This document shows positions 24,801 through 38,456 of a stretch of DNA of 64,000 nucleotides, one piece after another. The stretch comes from Glaucostegus cemiculus (taxonomy: Eukaryota). The position numbers were made by a program, and so were the translations under genes. The notes beneath the pieces are model-generated. The model saw only the letters and a program-made list of their open reading frames with translations. It was not told the DNA's origin and made no database searches. The stretch is taken from contig CDPCPM010000077.1 in the NCBI GenBank assembly GCA_976551045.1, positions 1,364,001 to 1,428,000 on the forward strand, given 5' to 3'. The stretch's first letter is position 1. Each line of letters starts with the position of its first letter.

Positions 24801-25599
24801 ACAGTCAGTTTTAAAACCTGCTTACCTTTGTGGTGTGAACAAGGTACAAAGCAGAAACTTTAATTAGCAGTCCTGGGACTGTCCTGAGGCCTTGGTGAAG
24901 CTGGAAAGTTAGTTCTAGTTCCCACAGTGGGATAAAGTGAAAAGACACTGCAGTTAAAATCAAAATATATATCAGTCTGTACCACTGACTTGTATTTATA
25001 ATCATGGGTAAGCTGTCAAGTGAACTCAGAAGGAAGAAATAAATTACAAGTTCTGACATACTCTGTGTTAAATATACACCGCTGAATATCACCTATTTCT
25101 ACAGACCATAAAAAAATAATCCAAGAACATCTATTTATTTACTATATCAATATGCAGAAAGAACTTCAGCAAACCCTAAATCTTTATAGGGAACAGCTTT
25201 CATTTCTGAGTGGATGACTTGCCTCGCCATTTCAAAGCCTCAACAGTAAAGAGGACTTAAATTTGGAAGTTATAGGCAAGTGGAAACTATCAGCTATATA
25301 CTCTAAACAACTTATCTTCCAGCTCATTTAAAGGCTATCTCACTGAATCTTTACAAATACTCGTACTGTTTCTGAGGTGACAAGGCGGCTGGGACCAAAT
25401 TGTCTATGCAAACTGATGGAGGTTCGAACATCGGTTTGTGCTGAAGGTATCAGAGTCTGTGCTGAGGTTATTAGGAAATAAACTAATATTGGCTTTGGCA
25501 TCTTGGACTGAAGAGGAGAAAAGATCATTAACTGGTACCTGGTCATAATTGGAGGACTGATGGAAGGTGGGGAGAGGATGGTACTCCATGTTGAAGCCC

Positions 25600-26135
25600 C
25601 TGGTGGTCACCATGGCTAGTCCACACCTGGAGGACTGTGTTCTGGATACCACACAATAGGAAGGAGCTGGTTGCACTGGAGAGGGTGCGGAGGAGATTCA
25701 CCAACATGTTGCCTGGGATAGAGCATTTCATTTATGAGGAGAGACTGGATAGGCTGTGTTTGTTTTCATTGGAGCAGAGGCGGCTGAGGGAGGTCTACAA
25801 TCTTATGAGAGGAAGAGGCAGGGAAGATGGGAGGAAACTTTTCCCAGAGCAGTATTGCCTCAAACTATAGGCATGGGTTTCAAGCAAAGGGCAGGAGGTT
25901 TCAAGGGGATCTATAGAAATTTTTTTTTCAACCAGATTGTGGCTGGAATCTGAAATGCACTGCCTTTGGTGGGGGAGGCAGGTACTCCCACAACATTTAA
26001 GAAGTATCCAAATAAACATTAGAATTAGAAAGCCATGGATCAAGTGCTGGTAAATGGGATTAGTGTAGATGGGTACCTGATGGTTGGCATAGACATTTTG
26101 GACCAAAGGACCCACTTCTGTACTGTATAACTCAA
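25600..26135 (+). mobile_element. CR1 3' fragment
   Basis: ORF 25637-25870 has ALERVRRRFTNMLPG...ERLDRLCLFSLEQRRLR. Confidence 0.85.
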
Positions 26136-27699
26136 CAGTACACACTGGCCCTTTATCCTATGAGAAATGCCTTGTTAGGATGACATTACGAAAGGCAACC
26201 CATATCAGCAAAGCAAGGGGGAAAGGTACTGGAGGAATGGGATCTGTGCAGACATCCAGCTTGTTGCCAGTGGGTTTTCTATCCTTGGCATTAACTACCT
26301 ACAGGGCAATGCATCTCACTGCCAGTTACTGCTCAGAGTAAATTTACAGTTGCTGTGATTAAAGGAGATGGCAAGTTAGGCTTTCATCAAAGCAAATTTA
26401 TTAAAATGTATACATTTTCCGAGAATTAACTAGACTGTTCTGGATGCAGGAAATTAGTTGCAGCTCCCACAGATGAATAAGTTATGCAAATGAGATCCTG
26501 CTGAGTTACATAAAATGTATTTGGCTATCTGTACCCCTAGATGAGAGGAGTAAATCCTCACTTGAAGCAGGTTCTGTCACATCACCATCATAGATCATTC
26601 TAAATTCATTTGGAACTGACAGTTTTTATGACTCAGATGCCCAAATTTCAGCTGAGTTTACTAGTTAAGATCTGGGCTCTGGGCCAAGGGCTTCACCTGT
26701 GACCATCAGAATAACAACAGCAACTTGCCCCTATACAGTGCCTTTAAACATGGCAAAATACCTCAAGGCACCTCACAGCAGCAGTATTAAGCACAGTTTA
26801 GCTGTGGCTTATTGGAGACAGTTTCTGATAAATGCTGCATCAAAAGCCTCAGTTTGCATATTGGCTTATAAGAAGTTTGGCTGCTGTTGAACACGTTTAT
26901 ACATTTAGTGCAACACACTGAGTTCTGTATTTTCTTCGTCCAACTCAGTTTTGCACTAACCCTGTACTAATTTTGTATTCTATATATACTGGTTTTTTTG
27001 CACTAGTTGTACTTGCACAATTTTTTTGTCTGTGTTTATTGTATGTCCTCTGTTGTGAGAGTCTGGGGGAAATGACATTTTGTTCCTCCATGTGCTTTTA
27101 TAGCACATGGGTGAATGACAATAAAGTACAACTTGACTTGAACTTGATCTTGACTTAAGGCAAATGTCTAAAAGCTTGGTGCAAGCAGCAAGATGTAAGC
27201 AGCATCTCAAAGAAGGACAGAGGGATGTAGAGTTTAGTTCAAGGAAGGGATGTCAGACTAAAAACACAGCTGCCAATAGTTAAGACAATATAATCTAAGG
27301 TGCACAAGATGAAAGTTGCTCAAGACCTGCTGGAACCTGTTATCCCTGCAACTCACAGTAATTTGTGTCTGTTTTTGGTTGTTCTTTATGGTGGTTGTCC
27401 AAAGAAGTGTGTTTACCTTTGGAACAGGCAGGCTGAGGTACAATTTTCAAGAAGTTGCCCGCAGTAAAAAGGTTTGAACATCACTGAAGTTCAAGTTCTG
27501 TTTGCTCTCAGGTATTTGAAGTCTGTTGTCTCAAAACTATTTCCAATGTCTCATTGCAGCATCGGTCATATTTTGTCCAATGATATGTTGAGTCACCATC
27601 AATTACAATCTGGCTTGCACTACCCAAATTTATTTCACACAGGGCACTTGCAGCAATTGTTTCCAACCAGTTTGGCCTAGATTTCAATGCAGGAAGGTT

Positions 27700-28100
27700 A
27701 AAAATAATCTTGCATTTATCTATTGGTTTTAATGCCACTTTAAAACACTTTATAGCAGCTTGGGAAGAGCAATCATTTTTGTAATGTAAGAAAAGCAGCA
27801 GAATGCCTATTTGACATCATAGATAAAACAAAAGCTCTCGGAAACAGCAAAATGATAAATACAAATTAATCTGTTTTATTTTAGTAACATTGAGTGAGGG
27901 GATAAATATTGGCTGGAATACACCCCCCCCCCCAACCCCCCTGCAGTTCTTCTATAAAGTAGTGCTTATGAGACCCCTCACCTCATTGTCCGATGATGCA
28001 GTGCTCCCTGGAGAGCCAACACAGAATTTTGTGTTCCATTTTCTCTGACAGGTAGTGATCCCTGAACCTTCATAGGCAGAAGCAAGAGTGCTACCAACTG
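27700..28100 (-). mobile_element. Old DeuSINE-like SINE
   Basis: gagggataaatattggctgga and gagtgctaccaactg segments as at 9640-10000. Confidence 0.5.
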
Positions 28101-28440
28101 GAGGTAAATGAATTGGTTCTTGCTTCCCAGCCCCCAGTCCTGCAATAACAGGACAGTTGCAAGCACTTCATGTGGCTCCTGATAGCAACCATACAGGTCT
28201 CATGCTAACAAGTACTTCTCACTGCAAAATGCCATTCCATTGCTGTTAACATATCTTTGCCCAATTTCACAAACTTTTGTAGAGGATCTGAGAGGCTCTT
28301 ACTGTTCACTTGGAAGCCACTCAGCTTGGCACATCCAAAGAGGATAAAACTTTTTTACCCAACACAAAAAAGGGTGTAAAGTGACAAAACAGTTTTCTGC
28401 CGAAGAACACGAGGTCTATTTAAACCATCACCAAATTTAT

Positions 28441-28676
28441 GGGTGGCACGATAGCGTAGTGGTTAGCGCAACGCTGTTACAGCGCCAGCAATCGGGGTTC
28501 GATTTCCCGTCGCTGTCTGTAAGGAGTTTGTATGTTCTCCCGTGTCTGCGTGGGTTTCCTCCAGGTGCTCCGGTTTCCTCCCACATTCCAAAGACGTACA
28601 GGTAGGTTAATTTGGGGGTTTAAAATGGGTGGCGTGGACTCGTTGGGCCGAAAGGGCCTGTTACCGCGCTGTAAAT
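28441..28676 (+). mobile_element. Young tRNA-derived V-SINE with CR1-like tail
   Basis: A box tagcgtagtgg, B box ggttcgatttc, V-domain gttctcccgtgtctgcgtgggtttcctcc..gtgctccggtttcctcccaca, tail gggccgaaagggcctgtt. CpGs are retained. Confidence 0.9.
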
Positions 28677-30269
28677 AATTTTTTTTTTTAAATTTAAAAA
28701 GTCACATTTTCTTTCCTCTGTTTCTTGCACATGTTTATTTACATTTACAATTAGTTTCCTGCTCTGTGCACTGTACAAGAAGTATTTACAATTCTTCCAA
28801 GTGTCTGTTCTGACTATGGAAATTGGTCACCCAAATGATCACTGTTCATGCTATGTTCAGATTAACTACAACCTAAAGCTAAAGCAGGATAATATTAGAA
28901 GGCTTTGTACCAGTAGGCCCACTTATTCAAAGCGCTTGTATATTAAAGATTACTTTGTATATACACAGTATATATAAAAAATGTACCAGTTTAAATGCCT
29001 CTGGGAAAGCATGTCACTTCTGAAAGTACCAATTTCATCTTTAAATTTTGACAGTGTCACAATGGAGTAGTCGCTTAAAAAATAAAGGCCAAAAGTGATA
29101 CATCTCAGCTCTTCTGTACCCTGCTGAAATGCCAGTTATTTCTGGTTGCCACAGCACTGTTCTCATGAGTCCCCTGCTGGCTTTCAGGGTCACTGCTTTA
29201 TAGGAGGCAGTGAGTGATATCATTTGCTTGTTCTCACGGCCGCCAGTTGTCCTAATGTGGGCTGAAATGACAGTTGGTTTGATACAAGTGGTTGACTGAT
29301 CACTGGAACACAACGAGGGTTTAATCAGTTTCAGGTACTGATATCATTTAAGCTTTGAAAGGTTTATGTGCATAAAAGAGAAAGCTCTTTTACTTCCAAA
29401 CCATGACCACCCAGTGTTTTCCATTTTAGTCTTAAGGTGACGGGTATTAATGATGTAGTGGAGTTTTGACATGTCTCTGGCAGAGCTCACTGCATGTTTC
29501 TTCAAGGCCACAGCATGTTGCTGCTCAGGATTACTACAGAACAAGAGGTTTGACACAAGAGCAAAGCTTTTCCAGCATTGGCTGAGCCATTGGCTAAAGG
29601 AGTTGAAGATAGCCAGTGTTCAGAATTTGCAGTATTTTCATGGTAGATACCACAATAAGGGCTGGTCTAGTTCAGCATTCTGAACCAATGCACTTGGTCT
29701 GATATTTCTGACCTTCTCCTTTATCTTGTTAATATTTTACACAGCTGTAAGGTTGTTCCCTGTATTGTTTCCCTTAGTCCCGAATCAGGACTGTACAATC
29801 TGTCAGTGCCAGCAACGTGAGGAGCTGACCATTTAGCATGGAGGGCAGCAGCCAAGAGTTGTTTTAGGAAGGTAAGAGGGAGGCTATTCAGCCTGTGAAA
29901 CCAGTATTGTCCTTCAATGACCTGTAGCCTAATTCCATATATCCATCTTTGCCATGTGTCCCCTAATTTTATTTAAAACAATTAATTGGATTGACTACCT
30001 GTTGATAATTGGCTACTGAACAGTGACTGGTGATGGTGCCAGTTAAGAGTCAACTATTGTTGTAGGTCTGAAGACCAACTTTAAAAATTGCATGCGTTTT
30101 TAATGACAATGATGGTAATGTCACGATTACCCTTGTGCTGCTATCAATATACTACAATGACCATTTTCTCTCTCCTCTGTTCTCTTTCATCGCCACTATT
30201 TTCATCTCCTATAGGCAGATCATCTGAAATGAACAAACCTTCACACCCTCTCTCCTGAGTGAGAGACAT

Positions 30270-30345
30270 GAACCAAGACATCATATATAATTTAAAGTAA
30301 ATTGAAACAGTACTGTACTGTTTTTTTAATTGTTTGATTTTTGAC
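30270..30345 (+). repeat. Copy 1 of 76-bp direct repeat (copy 2 at 33186-33262)
   Basis: gaaccaagacatcat...aattgaaacagtactgtactg...attgtttgatttttgac; 3 substitutions and a 1-nt indel between copies. Confidence 0.88.
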
Positions 30346-32040
30346 AGACAATCCATCCCTATATTTACTATAAGATGGCAGTTCTGATGATAAGACTCCC
30401 ATAGCAGGCTAACCATTCACCGTGTGGTAAATAACACAACTCAACAAGGTACTGAGCCATTGTGCCAATTGGTAATTGTGCTGTGATGTAAATAATGTTG
30501 TGCTCAAATATTCTGCCGTGAGCCTGATATAGTTAAGAATGACAAAGGCAGGCACCACCACCACTTGTGTCATTCAGTCTCTCTTGGTCTCCACCCATCA
30601 CAAATGTTCCCTATGCTCTCTCTACCCTTCCTTCTTTCCCTGGAACATAGAACATGCTTCTTTGCTAACCTGTCCTAGTTCTGGTGAATGGTGATCATTC
30701 CTAAACATTAACTCTGTTTCTTTCTCCACAGATGTTGCTCAACTTGCTGAGTATTTTCAACATTTTGTGTTTTTTATGTCATTATTATTCCATAATTAAT
30801 GTAATTACCTGAATTTAAATCCTCTGTTTATCCTAGTGGGATCCAAAGTCATGTCACAAGATCATTAATCCAAGTGTATATGCTGAATAAGTTAACCTGC
30901 ATGTTACCATATCCTTGATTTGGTTAACAAAATCTTTTAAATATAAAATTAATGATTGGCTTAACATAAGTTGCCCTTTGCAGAAAAATGCTTCATATTT
31001 CTGGATGAAAGGGTACTCCTGAAATGAATGACTCTAATTTTTGGTCTCTGCACTTGATTCCTCATTTTCTCCATCTATCATAACATTTCATCTTAATATT
31101 GTGTAAACTTCAATCAAATCACACCCTGAGCTAAATTCTGAAGAACACACACACACATACACACACCCTGGACTGTATAATGTCCTTCTCATAACTTAAC
31201 CTTTGGAGCCTAGATACTGTTCTGGTGTAACCAAGTTGCAGATATAATCTTATTGCCTCCCCCAACTCATCAGCACGTGACCTCTACCTCTGGTAAACAC
31301 GTTTACCATTAAGAAACAGAATTCCATTCAGGAACTAGAATGAGTCAACTGTTCTTTAAGTAGAAAGAAAATGATGGAAACACTCAGTAGTCCAGGTAGC
31401 ATCTGTGGAAAATGAAACAGTTAACATGTCTGGTCAGAGACCCTTCATCTGTTCTGGTTTTCAGGTCAATTATTCTGCTCCCCAACCTAGAGCTTGCCTG
31501 TTTTGCATTGTCACTATGTTGTATTCCTGTTTTGTGTGTGGATGAACATGTGGCTGCCAAGGTTCTCTGATAAATGAAAATTTTTAAATTGCAGATGCTA
31601 GAAATCTGCAATAAAAACAGAAAATGCCAGAAACATTCAGCAGGTACTTTGTTCGGACATCACAGAAAATTGAAGGTTAGTAAAATGATTGTTTAATTTT
31701 TTTGAGTCATTCCTATCAACATCAGGCTCAGGCACTGCTGAAGGTTTGAGCACAACATTGTTTACAGCACAGCTACCGATTGGCACAATGGCTCAGTACC
31801 TTGTTGAGTTGTGTTATTTACCACACGGTGAATGGTTGGCCTGCTGTGGGAGTTTTATCATCAGAACTGCCATCTTATAGTAAATATAGGAATGGATTGT
31901 CTATCAACGATGGGTGTTTCCTCTAAAGAATTAATGTTGTGCCATCCTCATCAGCATTTTGAGTCCAAATAAAGATTCAAATCGATGGTACACCACATGT
32001 AGCACCAGCATCTGGTACATTGTGACTAGTTGTGACACTG

Positions 32041-33040
32041 CTGTGACTAGTGGTGTCCCGCAGGGATCGGTTCTGGGGCCTCTACTCTTTGTTATATTTA
32101 TAGAGGACTTAGATGAAGGAGTGGAAGGATGGGTTGGTAAGTTTGCGGATGACACCAAGATTGGCGGTGTGGTAGATGTGTGGAGGACTGTCGGAGCTTA
32201 CAGAGGGATATTGATAGGATGCTGAGCTGGGGCGGACTGGTGGCAGATGGAGTTTAATCCGGAGAAGTGTGAGGTGGTGCACTTTGGGAGGACGAACTCC
32301 AGGGCAGAGTATGAGGTAAATGGTAAGGTACTTGGCAGTGTAGAGGAGCAGAGGGATCTGGGGGTTCATATCCACAGTTCACTCAAAGTTGCCTCGCAGG
32401 TGGATAGGGCAGTTAAGAAGGCTTATGGGATGTTAGCTTTTATAAATCGTGGGATTGAGTTCAAGAGCAGAGAGGTGATGATGCTGCTTTACAAAACTCT
32501 AGTTAGGCCGCACTTAGGATATTGTGTTCAGTTCTGGTCGCCGCATTATAGGAAGGATGTGGAGGCGTTGGAGAGGGTACAGAGGCAATTTACCAGGATG
32601 ATGCCTGGATTAGAGGGTATGGAATATGAGGAGAGGCTTAAGGTGCTAGGGCTCTACTTGTTGGAGAGGAGGAGGATGAGAGGGGACTTGATAGAGGTGT
32701 ATAAAATATTGAGAGGAATAGATAGAGTTGACAGCCAGCACCTCTTTCCCAGAGCGCAGATGCACAAGACGAGAGGGCATGGCTATAAGATATTGGGTGG
32801 AAAGTTTAGGGGAGATGTCAGAGGGAAGTTTTTCACCCAGAGAGTGGTTGGCGCATGGAATGCGCTGCCTAGGGTGGTAGTAGAGGCAGATACGTTGGAC
32901 AGGTTCAAGAGATTGTTGGATAGGCACATGGAAGAATGTGGAATAGTAGGAAATGTGGGAGGAAAGAGTTAGATTGTGAGACATTTGAAGGATGGCACAA
33001 CTTGGTGGGCTGAAGGGCCTGTTTTGTGCTGTATTGTTCT
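32041..33040 (+). mobile_element. 5'-truncated CR1 LINE
   Basis: [23 protein letters not shown], and ORF 32247-32972 (FNPEKC...QFWSPH...FFTQRVV..WNALP). Frameshifts near 32180-32240. Confidence 0.95.
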
Positions 33041-33185
33041 CTGGTACATGAAATGCAGTCAGTCAATCGATGCAGTACTCTTAATTGATCTGTATGACAC
33101 TTCCACAGAAAACCACCCACAACTAAAAATCTAACAACTCCAATCTTTTGCTCAATAGTGTTCTTTTTTTTTTCAGATACCCATG

Positions 33186-33262
33186 GAACCAAGACATCAT
33201 AAATAATTTGAATTAAATTGAAACAGTACTGTACTGCTTTTTTTAATTGTTTGATTTTTGAC
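33186..33262 (+). repeat. Copy 2 of 76-bp direct repeat
   Basis: See 30270-30345. Confidence 0.88.
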
Positions 33263-35079
33263 TACGGGGCAATTTGAATTTTAGGAATGAAATTAACCGT
33301 AGAGCACAATAAGAACATGGCAGTTAACTGGCTTCTAAAACCTGCTGATTTTGGGAGGGACAAAATAGAAGGAGATAAAGGGTTGGACATACATTTACCG
33401 ATGGAAAATATGTCCTAAAATTGCAAGGTGAGGGGGAGATACAGCACAGATCCTTCAGCCCATCAAGTTCATGCTGGTTGTCAAACACCCATTTACACCA
33501 ATCTTACATTAATGCCATTTTTTATTCATCCCATCTTCTCAAGAACTTCCCCCAGATTCTACCACTCACCTACATGCTAGGGGCAAATACTGTGGACAAT
33601 TAACCTACCAATTCACGTGTCTTTGGGATGTGGGAGGAAACAAGAGCACCTGGAGGAAGGACTCAAATATTGAACCAGGTTTCTGACACTGCAGGGCAGC
33701 GACATACTGGCTGCACCACTGTGCTCCAGTCCTTTTGGAGGAAGATTTTTATTGGTGCGTGCAGTCCAAAGCTTCATGTGCTTCAGCAGTGCTGCTGCCG
33801 AGTTGCTGTGGTTGCATACTTTGCACGTAACTTTGGGAATTGTCAGCATTATAATAAATAAGCATGCTATTTAATGTCATGACTGCACCTCCTAAAGAGG
33901 CAGTGATCAACCTCTGCTGGACAGCTTGGGCTGATGCTGATTTTGTGATTGTGGACACCAGGGCAGAGATGAGTAGGCTCCTTAAAAATATATGGAAGCA
34001 TTCACCTGAATTATTAATGGAATCTGTTCCATTGTTGTAGCTTCAAAGCACAGCCCAGCCCAACCAATGAATATCTCCCCAACAAAGATGCAAGTAACGA
34101 TGGATGCTTTTAAATGGATGAGTTGGAGAGGTAGTGAAGGGTGCTCCTTCTCTTGATTCACATTTCCTGTGTGTTACTCGTACTGTTTCCTTGAAGAACA
34201 TGTGTGGAGCAAGGTGACACCAGTGACATCTGATATGCATTTTATATCATCACTATGTACCAAGTGCATACTTCAGGCCTGTGAGTGGTGAACAGAATCA
34301 GAGTCATAGAGTGGCACAACATAGAACTGGGCCCTTTGCCCCATTATGTCCATGCTGAGCTCCTTGCCCATCAACACTAATCCCCTTTTCCTGCCATTAA
34401 GACCTTTGCCTTGCCCATTTAAGTGTCTGTCTAAAAGCCTCACAAGCATAGTGATTTGTATCTGGTTCTACCACTGCATCTAGCAGTGAGTTACAGATAT
34501 AAATCATACTTTGTTTTAAAAGAACTTACCTCTCAGACTCCTTCCCCGCCCCCCACTTTTTTTAATAAACCTCTTCCTCTCACCTTAAATCTATACCCTC
34601 TTGTCCTTTGTACCCCTACTTTAGGAAAAAAAATTTACTATCCACCTATCAATGTCTCTTAATTCTATGTACTTCAGGGCACCTGTTAGCCTCCTTCACT
34701 CCAGGGAAAACAAGCCCAGCCTATCCGATCTCTCCTCATAACTAAAATCCAAGCCACATCCTGGTGAATCTCCTCTGCATTCTCAATAACACAAACACAT
34801 GAAATCAGTATGTTATTACAGGTGAGTTGCAACATTAGCTGCTGCTTACATACTGAAGGGGATCCACAGCGTGCAAAAGTGTGCTCTTAGCAAAATAAAT
34901 TCTACCCCAAGGAATTTGAGCCTTTGCAGAAGTATAATTGAAGATGAGCCTTGATTTCAACAGGGTAAGGTTGCAAGAAATTTGAAGAAGGAGCTTAGGA
35001 GAAGTAAGAAAAGGAATAATCAAATGACGTGATTATTGATGAAGTGAGAAAACATTATGGATCAGAGGAGAGTGAAGAA

Positions 35080-35590
35080 CATGGCTTGGTACAGCAACTG
35101 CTCTGCCCAGGACTACAAGAAATGGCAGAGAGTTGTGGACATAGCCCAGTGCATCATGGACTCCTGCCTCCCCTCCTTGGACTCTGTCTTTACCTCTCAT
35201 TGTCTTGGTGAAGCAGCCAGCATAATCAAAGACCCCACCCACCCAGGTCATTCTCTCTTCTTTCCTCTTCCATTGGGTAGAAGATACAGGAGCCGAGGGC
35301 ATGTACCACCAGACCTAAGGACAGCTTCTGCCCCACTGTGCTAAGACTATTGAATGGTTCCTTTTATACAATGAGATGGACTATGATCTACCTGACCTTG
35401 CACCTTATTGCACTGCACTTTCTCTGTAGCTGTGATACTTTACTCTGTACTGTTATTGCTTTTACCTGTACTACATCAATGCACTCTGTACTAACCCATG
35501 CAACTGCAATGTGTAATGAAATGACCTATACAACTGGTTTGTAAGACAAGCGTTTCACTGTACTTCGGTACAAGTGACAATAATATACCG
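35080..35590 (+). mobile_element. Rex1/Babar 3' fragment
   Basis: AWYSNCSAQDYKKWQRVV...AASIIKDPTHPGHSLF.PLP.GRRYRS. Confidence 0.85.
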
Positions 35591-36194
35591 ATTTAAAAAC
35601 TGTAAGAAAAGTGTAGTAATCACTTACCTAGAATGGGGACAAAGTTTTTTTCACTTGAGTTTCATAGAGCATGAATCTAAGATTTTACTTTCACAGGTTA
35701 TCTTGACATCTACAACCTCAATTGAAATATTGTAATCCAAAAGCAGCCATTATCCCTTTAATGCTACAATTAGAACCAGCTGCAATTTATGGTGGTGTCA
35801 TGATCACTTAACTGCTTGTGTAAACATAGTTTCACAAGTCAGAGATGAGCATTCCAGCAATGTCATTAATGTCAATGGTTGAAACCAATACAGCAATAAA
35901 TAATGAGACTTCTCTGTGAATAACTCCCAGTCATATCACCATGAAACATCTTCATTACTGTTGAAATTTGGTGATGTAGGTAGAAAAAAAATATAACAGT
36001 AACATTGCTACATGCAAGGGGCTGTAAAGGCAGGAATAAACCAGAATAGAATGGTCTCTTTGTGAGTTTAAAACATTATGTATAAACTTAGTGTTGATTA
36101 GCAGAAAATTACAGGCCAGTAACTTGATTTACACCTTCGGTTAAATTCCACTTACAACTTACACTTCATGTTTTATAAAATAGTGGAAATTATT

Positions 36195-36710
36195 CTGACT
36201 GTTTGCATCATGGCCTAGTATGGAAACACTCATGCACAGAAATGCAAGGGGCTATAGAGAGTGGTGGACTCAGCCAGTTCCATCATGGGTACTGGTCTCC
36301 CCACCATCGAGGACCTCTATAAGATGAGATGATGTCTCAGGAAGGTGACATCCATTATTAAGGACTCCTACCATCCAGGCCATGCCTTCTTGATGCTGCT
36401 ATCAGGCAGGAGGTACAGGAGCCTGGAGACTCCACCTCAAGGTTCAACAACAGCTTCTTCCCCACTGTCATCTGGTTCTTGAACAGTCCTGAAAAACCCT
36501 AATTCTACCTTGGACTATATTTCTGTCAACTTGCACTAGTGTTGTTATGTTTGTTTTGGTTATTGTGTTGTGTAAGTTATGTATAATTTATCCTAATTAA
36601 AGTTATGTAATTTATGTTTGTTATGTACTGTGCTGCAGTTCCAAAAAGCAAAATTTTCATGGAATTTATACCCTGGTATGTATGTCCATGACAATAAACT
36701 TGAACTTGAT
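36195..36710 (+). mobile_element. Rex1/Babar 3' fragment
   Basis: Same region as 13520-13995 (QRVVDSASSI, SIIKD..HPGHA, GRRYRSL), ending gacaataaacttgaacttga. Confidence 0.8.
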
Positions 36711-37632
36711 ATAACTTCAATTGCTTGGAAAGATTTAAGGCTTTGAATCTGACACTTCTTATCCCTTGTTCTCCAGCCAAGTGCTCCAATTACTCTGAAT
36801 TCCCAATATTGCTTCAGGATTTATCCTGATGAAATCAAGTGGAGTTTATTGTCATATGCATAAGTACAGTGAGGTACAGGTACAATTTAACAACTTGCAG
36901 CAGCATCACATTCAGATAACACATGGAATATAAATTATACAAGACAGTGAAGAAAAAAAATACTACAAAACAAGATACCTGTGCAAAACAGACCAGTCAG
37001 AAACAAATCCATTGCAGTGCAAGAGGTGGTCATAGTGTTCCATTACTGAGGTAGGATTACGGTTGTAAAGGTTGGTTCTAGAACCTGATAGGAAAGGAGC
37101 TGTTCCAGAACCTGGTGTGTGGGACTTGGTTCCTCCTGATAGATGCATTGAAGTGCTAAACAAGTAAACTTGCACAATAATGGGGTTTACTTTACTCAGA
37201 CTGGTCATAAAGGCCAAGATCTCTTCAGTACAGATTGCAGCAATCGATTGGCATAGCATTTTATTGGCCAATAAACAATGTGAGTGAAGTAAATAGAAGT
37301 ACTTGGTGATGTTACTTTAGTTAAGCTTTTAACTTTACTGATTACATCTAATGTATATGTGGTAGCACACTATACTCTTTTTTTTCACAAGAACGTAATC
37401 AACTCTTAACTAAATATTTTATTGAGCCTTAATATGTGTTAGATGAATTTTGCTTTTGTGATGTAAAATATCTGACCCCTTAATTCCAACTTGGTCCTTG
37501 CTGCATATAGATCAAGAAAGAACAAGGTTTAACTGGAAAATACTTATATATTCAGATGAAGATTCCAGTGAGTGAAGAATATTTCCTCCAGCAAGTAGAA
37601 TTTCTAAGCTGTGAGCCAGCAGGAAGGAATTC

Positions 37633-37670
37633 CGGTCCTGATGAAGGGTCTCAACCTGAAACATTGACTG
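37633..37670 (+). ncRNA. Minimal type I hammerhead ribozyme motif in Penelope pseudo-LTR (pLTR extends to about 37765)
   Basis: CGGUC-CUGAUGA-A-GGGUC UC AACCU-GAAA-CA-UU-GACUG. Both core boxes intact, helix I (CGGUC/GACUG) and helix II (GGGU/ACCU) can pair. Activity is untested. Confidence 0.6.
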
Positions 37671-38187
37671 TACATTTCCCTCCATAGATGCTGCCTAACC
37701 TGTTCCTCCAGCTCCCTTCTGTGTTGCTCCAGATTTCCAGCATCTGCAGTCTCTCCTGTCTCCAGGAATCCTAAGCTGTTGTGAATTTGTAGTGCTGAGG
37801 GCAGAAACAGGTCCAAATATTCCCTTCAAATAGATTAAATTTGTTGAATGGATACAGGCTTACAAAAATGGAATATTGCCGAGTAATGCATTCCACAGTC
37901 CAGGGATATGTACTGCAGGGCACACTCAAGCCAGGTGCAACCCACACAAAGGACTCCTGGAGATACCTATGGTATAACAACTTTCCCAGAAGAACAGAAC
38001 CTACGGGGTATTTTTTTAAAAAAGAGATTCCTCTATGTTTGATTGTAGTGATTTGATACACATATGCTAACCAATTTGCATGAATGTTGTGCAAATTTTT
38101 CTATGGAACTTTTCTATGAAACAAAGGATTTAATTTACAGAAGAAGTACAGAATTAAATCCAGACTTCCAACTGAGTAGACACAAAG

Positions 38188-38456
38188 TTTTTTTTTTAAA
38201 TTTTAAATTTTTTAAATTTTATTTACAGCGTGGTAACAGGCCCTTTCAGCCCAACGAGTCTGCGCCGCCCATTTTAAACCTACAAATTAACCTACCCGTA
38301 CGTCTTTTGGAATGTGGGAGGAAACGGGACCACTTGGAGGAAACCCACGCAGACATGGAAGAACGTATAAACTCCTTACAGTCAGCGACAGGAATTGAAC
38401 CCCAATCACTGGCACTGTAACAGCGTTGCGCTTACCGCTACGCTATTGTGCCGCCC
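38188..38456 (-). mobile_element. V-SINE, same family as 28441-28676
   Basis: Reverse complement begins gggcggcacaatagcgtagcggtaagcgcaacgctgttacag; (aaattt)-type tail. Confidence 0.9.

Noticed and set aside
26484-26491. Perfect octamer ATGCAAAT
   Set aside because: One 8-mer is expected by chance in 64 kb and has no supporting context.
28441-28520. tRNA gene
   Set aside because: A and B boxes run straight into a V-domain and LINE tail, so this is a SINE head.
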